NCBI GenBank assembly: GCA_965235115.1
Contig: OZ249450.1
Span: forward strand, 19,406,001 to 19,470,000
Reading direction: 5' to 3'
DNA length: 64,000 bases
DNA from: Laetmonice hystrix
Taxonomy: Eukaryota
Shown: in pieces, positions 1-12,200 of the stretch
Position numbering within the stretch: position 1 is the first letter of the stretch
How the letters are laid out: every line of letters begins with the position of its first letter
Translations under genes and position numbers: made by a program
Notes under the pieces: model-generated
The model's database searches: none
Seen by the model: the letters and a program-made list of their open reading frames with translations, nothing else
What the model was told of the DNA's origin: nothing

Positions 1-929
1 TTACGTTCCTCAAAGGTTAGTTTATTTGGGCTTAATATCCTAGAAAACCTACTCAGCAAACATGGTTAGCTTTGTCAAACGTCTATAAACGCGTTTCCCA
101 TACTTGTAATTTGATATCAACCCCGTATGTGATCTTGAGATTTTTCCATTTATGTGGAAACACAAAACAACGAAAAATCATCTGATCCTAACAAATGATA
201 TTAAATATCTGGCTTTTCTGCCGATATCTAATTAAGATTACAGATCAATGAGGAGAAATGATTACGGGATAGTTGGAAGGGATATACGGAAAATGTTAAC
301 AGTGAGATTATGAGAGACTACTCCATGCTTCTCCAGCAGATAGTTTGTGTTATAACACACTGCTACTAACATGGCTCTCTCTTTCTCTTTCTCTTGAAAG
401 GCTTCCTACTCTCTATATACCATATGTACAGGCGTTAATAATCATTGCATTAATCCTTTGTACGTCCACCGATTACAAACGCGGCAGCATTAGAGACACC
501 TTGGCCATGGATAATATTGTGTATTATATTTGCTATATGTCGTGTATTTGTGTATTGTGTAACATATAAGCAACCAATATTGTACGATATCGCACTTTTT
601 CATACATCTGGTCTTCCGTTGAAATTTCATTATTACTATTTTCTATTATTCTGATATTAAAATATCCCCCGCCAATCTGGCATGAACGGCCTTTATTTGA
701 GATATAACTACATCTCGCATGACCCTTATAAATGTAGTGAACCTCGATAATTGTAATTATAACCTTTGGGTGTATGCTCCCCAATATCAAGGCTTCTCAT
801 TTCATTAAACTTAGAGACTGAGAACTTCACCAACTACTGCACCGGCCTTTCTGTCCTAAAATAATACATTCTTTCACTCAGTCTCGTATTGGTTTAGCTA
901 TCTAACAACTTATAATAATCACATCCTAG

Positions 930-1100
930 TATGATAATAATAATAATATAAACTTGTGCACCCAGCGGGTGTTCTGTCATTCCATCAACATGGCTGAAGC
1001 CAGGAGAGTGCTCACTGATGTCGATTCCGAAACCTTTCCCACTTAAGACCTTCAGAGTCTTTGATCCTTGCCACTCACCCCTTGCGACTAGCTTCAACAA
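930..1100 (-). mobile_element. Possible SINE/LINE 3' end with (TTA)n tail
   Basis: The minus strand ends ...gggtgcacaagtttatattattattattatc; a gtggcaagg(a/g)tc motif also occurs on the plus strand near 32980 and 34770. Confidence 0.3.
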
Positions 1101-3085
1101 AATCGCAACGAAAACAGTACAAATCTTTTCGCCAGCAATCCACTGCGTGTTTTTCCCTAGCGATCTGCTTGAGACATATTTCGAAAGGTGATTTCAAGAC
1201 GTCACTTCACAAGTTAGAAAGTCAAAAGTGTGGAGATTTTCTTCCAGTTTGAAAATTTTTGATGCAAAAAAAAAAAATAAATAAAAACGGCAGCAGATTC
1301 ATCTAAGGGTGACCAAATTTATACTAGTTTCCTTGCAGTGTGGCTTGGTGGATTACGGTATTAATTTCTTCGGGTACCCCGAATAACCTGTGAGGGCAGT
1401 AACGAGAATTACTGTCTCTCAAGGAATGACACGATTGATGAAATGGCCAGACACCCGTCACCCAGACCTAAGGAATGTCAACAATTTAAATAAACATTCA
1501 ATATACTCGACATCTCTCCAGGAGAGTGACTTTTGCTATAACACAATTCTCAAAGTATAGATGTTTTTTATATCTTGTTGTACAGAGGCATATACTGACT
1601 TGGGTCCTGGAATCAGCCCACTTTAACGCTACGCAGATTTTCTTCTTCAAGTTTCTTGACTTGACCCCGTTTGGACCTTTCCTCGTTTGATTCCCTTACT
1701 GGGGTTCTCTGTACTATTAGATCTCTAACATACATGTACTCTCTTTTGACATTTTTTCATTTACCCTTTCACAATTTTCACAGAAAAGGTCAATTAGAAG
1801 CGAAGTTTGTCGCAATTTATGTTTCGATTTGTGTCCAAATTTAGTGCAATGGTTTGCAATCCTTGCTTGAATACTGGTAATTAAGTTTTAGTCGATGCAA
1901 TAGTTATATTTCTATATTAGAAATTACAAAAACAACTGAAAAAAGTAACAATTTAGGAGGAATCTAATGTGGTACATCTACCCAGTAAAAAATATAATAA
2001 TTCCTGCTCGGAACATGTAGCACAAGCCTTTGACTAACCCGCCACCTGTCAAACTTACAGCGTCTCCACTGAATACACCTGAACGTCTTTACACGCCCCC
2101 CGCCCCACCAAACAAGGAGAAAATCAACAACTATTCCCTCGCAAACCCATACCATTATCATAACAGTGAAAAGCAACCCCCAGATGAATTTGTTTTCTCT
2201 CAAAATACATTGCATAACATACATCTCACTAAGCCATACAATTTTTAACCTTTTTGCACTTAACTGCATCAAGGGCTATCTCAATAGAAGCGTTATTCCC
2301 CAAACGTAACATTTCTACGAACTCGGGGTTAGGGGTAAGGCGCATCTACAGAGATAGGGATACGTTTTGGGGGAGGTTTTAGGGTAGGGGTTCAGGTTAA
2401 GGGCTCCGACTAAATGATATTTATTTCTGACCACCAAATCCTGTGGAAACGCTACCATGAGGAATGTTCCAGAAGAAGCACACCGACAGGACAGACCTTG
2501 TCATTACCACTCGGTGGTGTACATTGTACCATAAACAACGTCTTAATACCAGGCCCCGCACGACTGGTCCATGGTTTACGGTCCATCTGTGGGACAGCAC
2601 CGCGGCAAATGGACCGCTTCTCTCAAATTCCACATCTTGAGATCACAACATGGGAAAGAAAAAAATCAATATATTGACAGAAAGGGAATTTTAAAAATTT
2701 CTATCTCCTCTGCTCACCCCCGTATTTACCCCGTAAACAATGGTTTGCTACAAAACATGAGCATGACGTGCATATAATCCTTGGACCGTGCTAAATATGG
2801 ACTTGACCTAGTGACTGTGGCTGTAGACATACATATACACAGTGTCAGACTGGAGCGAGTTCAAAGGTTAAATACCGTGACCCTTGACCTGGACAGATTC
2901 ATCACCCTCATCCCCATTACGTAAAAGGAAACATATACACAATGGTCATCAAGTCTGAGAAAGAAACGCAACATTGCTTAGTTCCCTCATTTTGTCATCA
3001 GATGTTACCACTTGGTCACATTGCCTCCCGACCCCTAGTGGTAACAAAAGGAACTGTTATCTCCAACGCGGCGTGTTGTGATGTG

Positions 3086-3102
3086 TCCACCAGGTGGCGC
3101 TC
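3086..3102 (+). promoter_or_regulatory. CTCF-like motif abutting the stop codon
   Basis: tccaccaggtggcgctc. Confidence 0.55.
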
Positions 3103-3238
3103 ATAGCGGAACCTTTTCCTCTGGTGTCATGGGAGAGGTTGGGTAGGAGGCCGAGCCGCCGTTTTGCTCTTCCGTCAACGATGAGTTATTGAGAGCCTCC
3201 TCGAAGTTGTTCTCCGACTTGCTGCCACGCACACGTGA
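3101..3238 (-). CDS. TPD52: TPD52-like terminal coding exon: SRVRGSKSENNFEEALNNSSLTEEQNGGSASYPTSPMTPEEKVPL*
   Basis: 138 nt; acceptor cctttgtttcag; phase 0; TGA at 3101-3103; FEEALN motif and S/T/P-rich acidic tail as in other D52 proteins. Confidence 0.9.
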   Translation of the reverse strand, partial: SRVRGSKSENNFEEALNNSSLTEEQNGGSASYPTSPMTPEEKVPL

Positions 3239-6200
3239 CTGAAACAAAGGCCAGTCATTATGAAACAGCTATGTACCAAACGACGTGTCAAAGTTAACAG
3301 GTCATAAACTTAATAAGCTACAAAACAAGTGTTTTACAAGTCCATGTGGATACAGAGACTGAGATAGAGAAAGACATACGAGACAGATAGAGACACAGAG
3401 AGATACGGTGGCTCCTCTATTAGGGTTCCGCTGCTCTAGCTTTATAATCCAATCACTTTGTCAACGTCATGGCCAACCACCACATGGCTTACATGACGCC
3501 GCACATGACGTTAGGGCTCACGTCACGGCCAACCACCACACGGCTTACATGACGCCGCACATGATGTTATGGCTCACGTCACAGCCAACCACACCACGGC
3601 TTACATGACGCCGCACATGATGTTATGGCTCACGTCACAGCCAACCGCACCACGGCTTACATGACGCCGCACATGACGTTACAGCTCACGTCACAGCCAA
3701 CCACAGCACGGCTTACATGACGCCGCACATGACGTTACGGCTCACGTCACAGCCAACCACAGCACGGCTTACATGACGCCGCACATGATGTCGCGGCTGA
3801 CAGGATTCCAACCCACGCTCTCTCTCTCTCCAATGCTTTATAATTTGTTGAACCTTAAACTGGGTCACGAACCGGATGTAATCAGGGCAGGGGACACTTG
3901 TCGGGCATCAATTACTACCCTGGACGTGACTAAAGGCACAGATTAGCATACACAAACAGATTGGAAACGATATAGGCCGATTTGAAACTTCCGGTTTGCG
4001 CCCGTGACCACTAGTGACATCTGGCGACGGATGAGATAAACTACAATGCGCCTATGGCAAGTTATGCATGAGCCCGGCTGGGAACGTCCTCAGTCCCATT
4101 TTGGACATAGGTTGGTAGCCTAGCGGGAAAATATGGCTACCCTGGGCATCCGAGTACCGTATTTTTTTTTACACCTGCCACCAAATGCAGGTCATTTGTC
4201 AGATATGTTGTCCTAAACCTGTCACACCATGCTTTTCCTATGGAGGACGTTTAGTTTATCTCCTCCGACGCGTGGTGTCGCCACTGACAAATCACTGAAT
4301 TTTGACGCCATCTTTGTTTCACGTCATTACTATGCCGTTTCCAATCTGTTTGTGTATGGTAATCTGTGCTAAAGGTGAGGACTACAGACCACTTCCGGGT
4401 CACGAGTAACACCACACATCTCGGGAGAACATCCGGAAGACAACAGTTCACGGCACCAGCGCACGCGCCGTGCAAGCAAGCGTCTCTCAGCCTTCCTGTC
4501 ACGTGACTATGCCAGCGCACGCGCCGTGCAAGCAAGCGTCTCTCAGCCTTCCTGTCACGTGACTATGCCCTCACGTGACTTGATCCTAGCATCGACAAAC
4601 TCTTCCGGCTGGGGGATTATCTTTGCTGAGACGGACACATGTCTCTACGTAAAGCTTAGCTACCGTAAGCTCAGCGTAACGAACGCCTGGCACTGTTTGA
4701 GCCCGGCTTGCAATTAGTGTTGTGCCCACCCAGAGACACCCTCTCCAACCCCCCGCCCACTGGAGCCTCAACTGTCTTATATAAACCCCTGTAAAAATGT
4801 CTAATCTCTCATCTAAGGAGGATAGGTGCGAATATAATAAACCATATTTTTTAAAGTGTCCAGAAGAATTTTGATTTAGGCTACAATGTCCTTGTCCCCC
4901 CGTTTGACGGTTCTATACGTAACGCCGGATGCGCGGGTTGTGGCAGTATGTAGTCACCATGAAGTTTATCCAGCATGGCCATATTTCACCGTCACTGAGC
5001 CCCATGACGTTGAGTGGAGATTGTCAGGTAAGGAAGAGACATGTTCCCTGAGTGGGGGATCCTGTCTCCCATCATAACAACCCCAGCCCGTCGTCAGTGT
5101 CAGCCAATCTATTATTTACAACCACGGTATGAGCAATGACAGTGTGGCGGCCACCTCGGCTCCGCTAGTCCCGCCGCCTGGTAACTTACCTCACGATACT
5201 GGAGCTAGGGGGTTGGGTTAGGGGCAGGACTAGGGATAGTGATCGACTTTTGGTGCCTACCTACTAACTTCCCTGGAGACCTACCATGATGGACCTACTC
5301 TTGGCTCTGTGGTTGACCTGCCCGGGAGAATCTACCGGGCAACCGTGGCCTGCCACTTACCCATACACCACGCCAATATACACATGCACACCCACACCTA
5401 ATCAATTACGTCGTGTGAAATTGTTCTCAATCAGTCTTCACGGGCCAAACACGAGCTGACTCTATTTCTACCAAACTATGTGAAGGGGGTGGTTGTGTTC
5501 CCTCCTGACGTAGCATGGACACCTGACAGGGCCGGGTGCCGTGAGTAGTGACAGTTCCTCCTGACGTAGCCTGGACACCTGACAGGGCTGGGTGCCGTGA
5601 GTGGTGACAGAGTGTTACCATTGACGGAGCGAACAAAAGCTCCCTCTGGCATGGCTTCAACTGAAGAGACCATCAATGTACCGGAGGAGAATTTTAAAGT
5701 ATTTCACTCCATTTTGTTAGGACAGGCTGCGGCGCAGAGCTGGCAGTCACATCACCAGCCCTCCTCCCAACTACACCCGTACTTCTAATTAAAACATCAG
5801 GAAAGGCGAGATTAAAATCTCAGATGGTCCAGCTTAACAATCTGATGGAGATAATCCCATGAAGGATTACGGCGATTATTTGAGGATAATTTAATACACA
5901 AAGTGATCTTAGTTTTGATTAGTCAATTTCAGTCAGCTTCTCGGACATCAATGATAACAGATTAACGCTGAGAAATCATGAGTTATCTCCACTATCTCGT
6001 ATAGACCTCTGTACACGAAACTACTACACCTAATGACCACGATAGAACATTTGAACCCGGCGCCATGGTGAACGGTAAAGGATGAAAGCAGCCGTTCCGA
6101 GGCGTCAGTTCCCGGTTCCTGAGCCTGACGCTACGATTGGCGTCACACTGACGCCATCTTATCATCTCAAACATCGCAAAGGCTTTAGTCGGAGGACAGC

Positions 6201-9200
6201 CAGGTTTGAACCCGTTCTGTGGGTCGGATTAATCAGCATATAAAAGTAATATACTCACACCTATTTACGAGTCAAGCTACATTCTAGAATTTGTTGTTCA
6301 AGATCAGAACAAGTCTACAGTTCTATACACATGCAAGAGAGTAAAAGTCAATACATAAACGCAAACTAGGACTATCTCTACGGGTGAGTAAATAACACAT
6401 CACAAGAAAATGACCAGACTTTCTCTTAATGTATTACGTTACAAACACATCTAAAATAGTTGAACTACACACGTCATGACAACTTAGTGCGGCAAACAGA
6501 CGCCAGGGGGCGCTTCAAGTGACTGGTCACTGTTAACCTACCATCTTTGATCGTAAACTTCCAATCGACCGTGAATGCTTCAGGGGCAAAATGGGAAGGC
6601 AATTAGATGGCGCCATCTCTTACGTTATATTTGTGTCAAACTTCACAAAGTTATCAAATTTCACGACGCAGATGACAAAAGAACTAATTGTGACGTCAGA
6701 TGTATCTGACGTAATAAAATAACATATCGCCGTCACGACCAGCGTCCTACGTCACACACAAAGAGAATGCTGATGTAGGAACTCTTCAGTCGCCAGCAGT
6801 GGGAGGTAAGAATGATAAAGTTCCTAGACCCAAGACTGGAGTTGCAAGAGGAACCGACGTCATCTGACTGACGCCGGTCGTTCATCACAAAACATATCAG
6901 ACCACATGTCACAGTTATCAAATTATTCTACCGATACTTGTAGCAGATAAACGCAACAACTGTTCAAGAAATTTACTAATGCTTTGGTTCGCTTTATCTC
7001 CACTCATATTAACTATTCTAATATCATAGGTTCCGAATTCTAAAATGACGGAAACGATTTCATTTATCAGTCTATATAATCCAAAAGAGCAAACTTCAGA
7101 TGGCACGTACACACACCCAAAAAGGCATTAATTAGTGACCCCCCCACACACACACACATACATAATAACATGAGCACCAAACACATAATCTCTATTACAC
7201 AATACATGTACAAGCACTTAATCCTAGTTTTTAACCCAATGCACTAGATTACACTAGAACCATGGTAACCCCCTCATAACTGAGGCAAGTGTTAGCGAAT
7301 TAATCGTATTAGAAATACGTTGTCTCAAGCTAACGGAGGCGGGGAGGGGGTGGGTAGGAGGGTAAACGGGTATTATAAATAACCCTGAGGATTGTTACTG
7401 TCACACCGTATCCAGATCATGGGTCACACAGCCATGTGGTCACACTCACCTTCACGTTAGTGTAGGCACCTCCAAGTTTCTCCTCGAACGACTTGAAGGC
7501 AGTCGAATTCCTACAACAAACAACCAAATTCTCAAATACAAGGCATGTAACCGTACCAATTGGCTCGACTAAATGGTTAAAAAAAACAGTTGTTGATACC
7601 ATGAAAAAAACATACAATCAAGTTGACATTTACAAATTTATAAGTTATATCTTATGGTGAAACAAAAGATGGAATTTTAAGTCCGACTCCTTGGGCTGGC
7701 TGTAGGGGTACCATTTGTCTCACTGCCCCACCCTCGTCCATTTCAGAAGAATCCCTGATCATAATTAATTTACTCAAACAGGAAATAACAAATGACAACG
7801 TATATGGCCTGTCCACCATGACTGTAGCATACTGCCCACTCCTTCATGCCTAACCATCCAATGATAAAAGTAATGCCCCCCCCCCCCACTCGGTACACCG
7901 CCCCAGTCTACACACTGCCTGCCTGACTCGAAGCTCAATAAATATCCACCTTCTAGATGAATTCCATATTATCTTTATCACAGCTTGGCTCCGAGCCAAT
8001 TCTGCACCGGAAATGAAGCTGGCACAGACAGAAGGTTTTATAAGAGATGTATCGTTTACTTCCGGTGATGACGTCACCATCCTAGACCGACGCCTCGTCT
8101 CATTGACAGCGCCCCCTAGCGTATATTATACTATCCAGGTCCGGTATCGCGACGCTCATGCATCCATGTCCCACCACGTGACTGTCACGTGGTTTATCTG
8201 ACTCAAGATGGTCCAAACGCCAGGAGTTCTCGAGGTTGGGAGGCTGTACTTTCGGAACCCAATCCGTGGTTCTCATTGGGCAGTCGTTCTGTTTACACAG
8301 ATACACTACGTCCGGGGGGGGGGGGGGGGGGGGGCTTGTGATCAGTCATGTGTAATCCCAACCCATACCTTACACACAGATACAGCCCTTTGATGCCCTG
8401 ATTGATCGTAACTAAGCAACAGATAACCATATCGCCAATCTCTGGTAGTATCAACCAATAAAAGGTCACTTTTACAGGCAATTACTTCGCACGGGTACTT
8501 CAAATATTCTATAAACTCCAGCAACATTAACCTAATCTTCACGGACCGGCCGCTCAGGGCTGGCAAGAGATACGTAAACAGAACGTCGTTTTCTTCACTC
8601 TAAATAACGAATTTACCGTATTGGACGTAATCATAGAAACGATGCATGAGGCGGAGTGAAGAAGAATCTCTACATAGCATCACACAATAATTCATCCCAG
8701 TATGAATTTGATATTTTGAAGTTCTCAAAATTTCCCGTCATTTCATTAAGGTGCACTTAGATGTGACGTAACGAGATTGCAACTATCTGAGCTCCACGTA
8801 AATGCGATCAGAGATCTGAGGGTTTAGTTCTACAACACGCCGCTAGGTGTCTAAAACCACCCGGCAGGCTCCAATTGATGGGAGGATATTGAGATCGACA
8901 GACACGGTTTGTGGTGGTGAGTTCTGATGTTGGTGGGCGCCCACTTCCGCCTGGATAACCTGGAGTTCATTTAGAAACTCCATGGCTGTCCCGCAATGGT
9001 AATACAGTATTCCCACGAAATTAGCGGTATGGTTTAAGGTCTGGGACATGGGATGGAATGGTTGTTGTATGGCACCCGTGACCGGGATCGGCATGAAAGC
9101 CAACGGAGACATGCATGTATATATTTTTTGATTCCGCTATTAACATACTTTCGCTCATCGCTCGACCCGGAAATTTTAACATGGTGTCCCTGGGGTTCAA

Positions 9201-12200
9201 AGGTAAGCACCTGAGGAATTTGTGGTGTAACTTTAATGTTTACGAGCGAGGCAATGCAGATATATCAGATAGTTTATCGAGAGTAAAGAGAACGGAGACT
9301 GGCGGAGAGAGAGAAGACCTTGACACACATGGCTCGGATTGAATCCACCCCCGACCAACCCACCACAAGGGGGCCATGAATTGACACTGTTAAATGTCGT
9401 TACGACCCTGATGGAGCCAACCGCCGGCTCGAGGTCAGGCCACGGCCAGGGTGTGTGTGTGTCCCGCCTCGGCCCGTCCCGGCCGGGGGTGTAAACCGTT
9501 ATCACCTTATCCGGGCCGTAAAGGTTCGCCCGCCTAACGGCACATCCGGGCCACTGACGGGTGAAGCTATGCAGCGCTCTCTGGTGGCGACTCCTCAAAC
9601 AGCGAGCGCCCAAGGAAATCACGTCAACACAAAGATTACGGGCACTGCGCCCCTGGGAGGATGGGTTTGCTCTCATTTGTCGGCTGCGATTTCAAATTGA
9701 CGCCCGTGGTGTGCTTGTGGGATCTGACAACAGCAGCGTCAGGTGGTCCATTCCACTTCCGCTTCCACGAATCCTTTGTAATGTATAATGCAAATACAAC
9801 CGGCACAAAAGAGCTACATGTCATTATCCTATAGGTTAGTGCAACGAGACATTAGGATCCTTGCCCGTGAAAGCATAGTACTAAATCGGTATAAATAGCG
9901 CTGCCATCTATTAGTCACAAGAGCAACTACTTTGTTCACAGCATTGCCATTAAAACCGATTCGTCTTCCCATCTGACTGAACCCATAAAACCAGAAGGGT
10001 CGCTCACAATTTTCTTCCGTTTTACAGCACAGCCCCATATCGAAAACAACGTGTTGGGGGCATCCTGCCTGGCCTGAGAACGGTCATGATTGGTCGAACA
10101 AAATCAGGCGATTGACTGTGACGTCACGCGATTGACTGTGACGTCGCGATAAAACACCTTCTTTACCCGAGAACTTCCAAGTCTTTCAATCTGAATCTCC
10201 AAACCGGAAGTTACCATCAATGGACCAATCAGGTGGTTGCCCATAGCCTCGCTTCCACTGATTGGGAGAGACCAGGGAGAAGCCCTGGGCCTGACCTCGC
10301 TCCACATTCCACCATACCGAGTTACAACGCCCCCTAACGGCCAGTCAAATCACAGTGCGGACGTAGACGACGTTAAAACGAAGGCGTTTCTTGCAATCAG
10401 ATTGCGCCAGCAGTCTCACCCTATAACTTCTCCTTCAGTGACCTTGAATTTCCATGACAATAACTAAAATATGACGACCGAAACTACTTAACGAATTAAG
10501 TTTTCGTCCTCTGGGTTGCCTGCATCTTTCTTGCTCACCGTTTTGCATGTGAACAACCGGAGGTTTGGGAAAGAATGCGCCGGATTTTCCTTGGCCCTGC
10601 TAGTGAGTGTTGGTGCGGGTGATGATGCTGGCAGCCGGGGACGCCGACGACGTCAAACATTGGCGGAGCGTTCTCCCGCTGCAAATTCACGTCACGACCT
10701 ACTGTCAAGGTCAAGGCCCCTCACCGAGTTTATTCTCAACAAAAATAACTTATTTTCTTGGGACGTTTTTGTGGTTTCCCCTGGGACATTAAAGTAACTT
10801 AATGAGACATCACTCCGACGTTATGGCCCGAACGTTAATTATTTTTTCATGATCTCAGAATTAACAAATGAGAAATGACAATTTCAAGACCACGCTTTTT
10901 ACTGGGAATAGTCTGTAATTGAGCAATTTCCTTTCCCGCAGAAAACTTTTCAATACGCCGGGAAATGTCATTTCTGGATTGTCACATCAGGCTCGGGCAG
11001 ACAAGAAGTGTCTACTCTTAAAACATACCGTTTGAATGTCAGGGTTCATAAGAAAACTGCTGCGTCAGCAGAAAATACATATTTGGTTTTCAGTGTCACC
11101 ACTCCCCTTATTCGGATATCACAATGACTTATGAATACACCTCCATTTGTTAATGTAACTTAGTGGCGTGTTTCCTTAATATGTTAAAATAAATCCCCGA
11201 TTCTCTCCTCCTCTGGTTCATCCCTTTGCATAGTCTTCCATAATTGTGATAACACGTGGCCATACTTACTCCCATAATCCTTCCCAACAAGCCACAGCTG
11301 CCATATGACGTGGTACTCCATACCCCAATCACTATACTGAGTACCAGCCAAAGCTTACCAAGGGACCTTCACGATAGATTCAGACAAGGCCCTCAGGATC
11401 AACCATATACTTCAATGCTGATAACAACCCTTTCCCGTCTACCTCAATCTATACACCGCTAAAAACAACCGGCCGCCCAACCTACCGTTGACTGCTGTGG
11501 TTTCAGCCAGAGAATATACTAGAATGCACCATATTTATTGGACAGATAACGGTAAGAAGATATCAGAATCTCCTGCCAATCTGACTGGCTGAACCTACAT
11601 CCATGCGATACTGTACCCTTTATCTGATCACAACCGTTCTTATTCTACTAAACACTTTATTGTTGATTCTAAAATCTGAACCTCAAAGTTTAACCCTCAC
11701 ATAAGCCAAGAGGGTTGACCCAGCGATGTAAGCAGAGCGTGTCTTACCTCATGTCACCCAGTTTCTTGGAAGCGAAGGCTCCAGCGGTAGAGAAAGCTCC
11801 GGCCGTCTTGGCTCCAACCGTCTTTAGGGCCTGGTTCGTCTTCTGATACCTGAAAAACACAAACACCACCAATTTTGACAACCGACCTTCAAATGACAGC
11901 ACATTAAGAAAGCGGGTTTAACGTTTAATCAGCATGGGCAACCAATCAGCATGGACAACCAATCAACATGAACAACCAATCAGCACCGTGCCTGAGTCTC
12001 CTAGGCGGTTTGACTGTCAGGTACAGCCACCGCAGGTCCTGTAGGAAAACAAGTTTATTCTTTGTTATACGGCGATTTGATATTGTGGATCTCTGGAGAG
12101 GATATTCATGTGACCGGTGGGGTAGGGTTGGGGGTTAGGGTACGGCTGGAAGGCGAGGGTATGGATATGGAGGTTGGAGGGGTAATGGACGGCTAGGGTA

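Noticed and set aside
692-2425. Minus-strand AATAAA hexamers (2420-2425, 692-697) as the TPD52 poly(A) signal
   Set aside because: Hexamers are common in AT-rich DNA and cannot be assigned without 3'-end data
5651-5698. Protein-like plus-strand MASTEETINVPEENFK followed by gtattt
   Set aside because: Weak donor, no downstream plus-strand exons identified, no recognisable homology
8314-8334. G21 homopolymer (and G19 at 59951-59969)
   Set aside because: Simple homopolymers with unreliable length in assemblies; no further structure seen
10549-10680. Candidate exon ending ...SHAKR|gtgagc in the intron where vertebrate paralogs have inserts
   Set aside because: The phase-2 reading from the best acceptor hits TAG; the alternative acceptor (AAG) is weak; no RHSxSMP-like similarity
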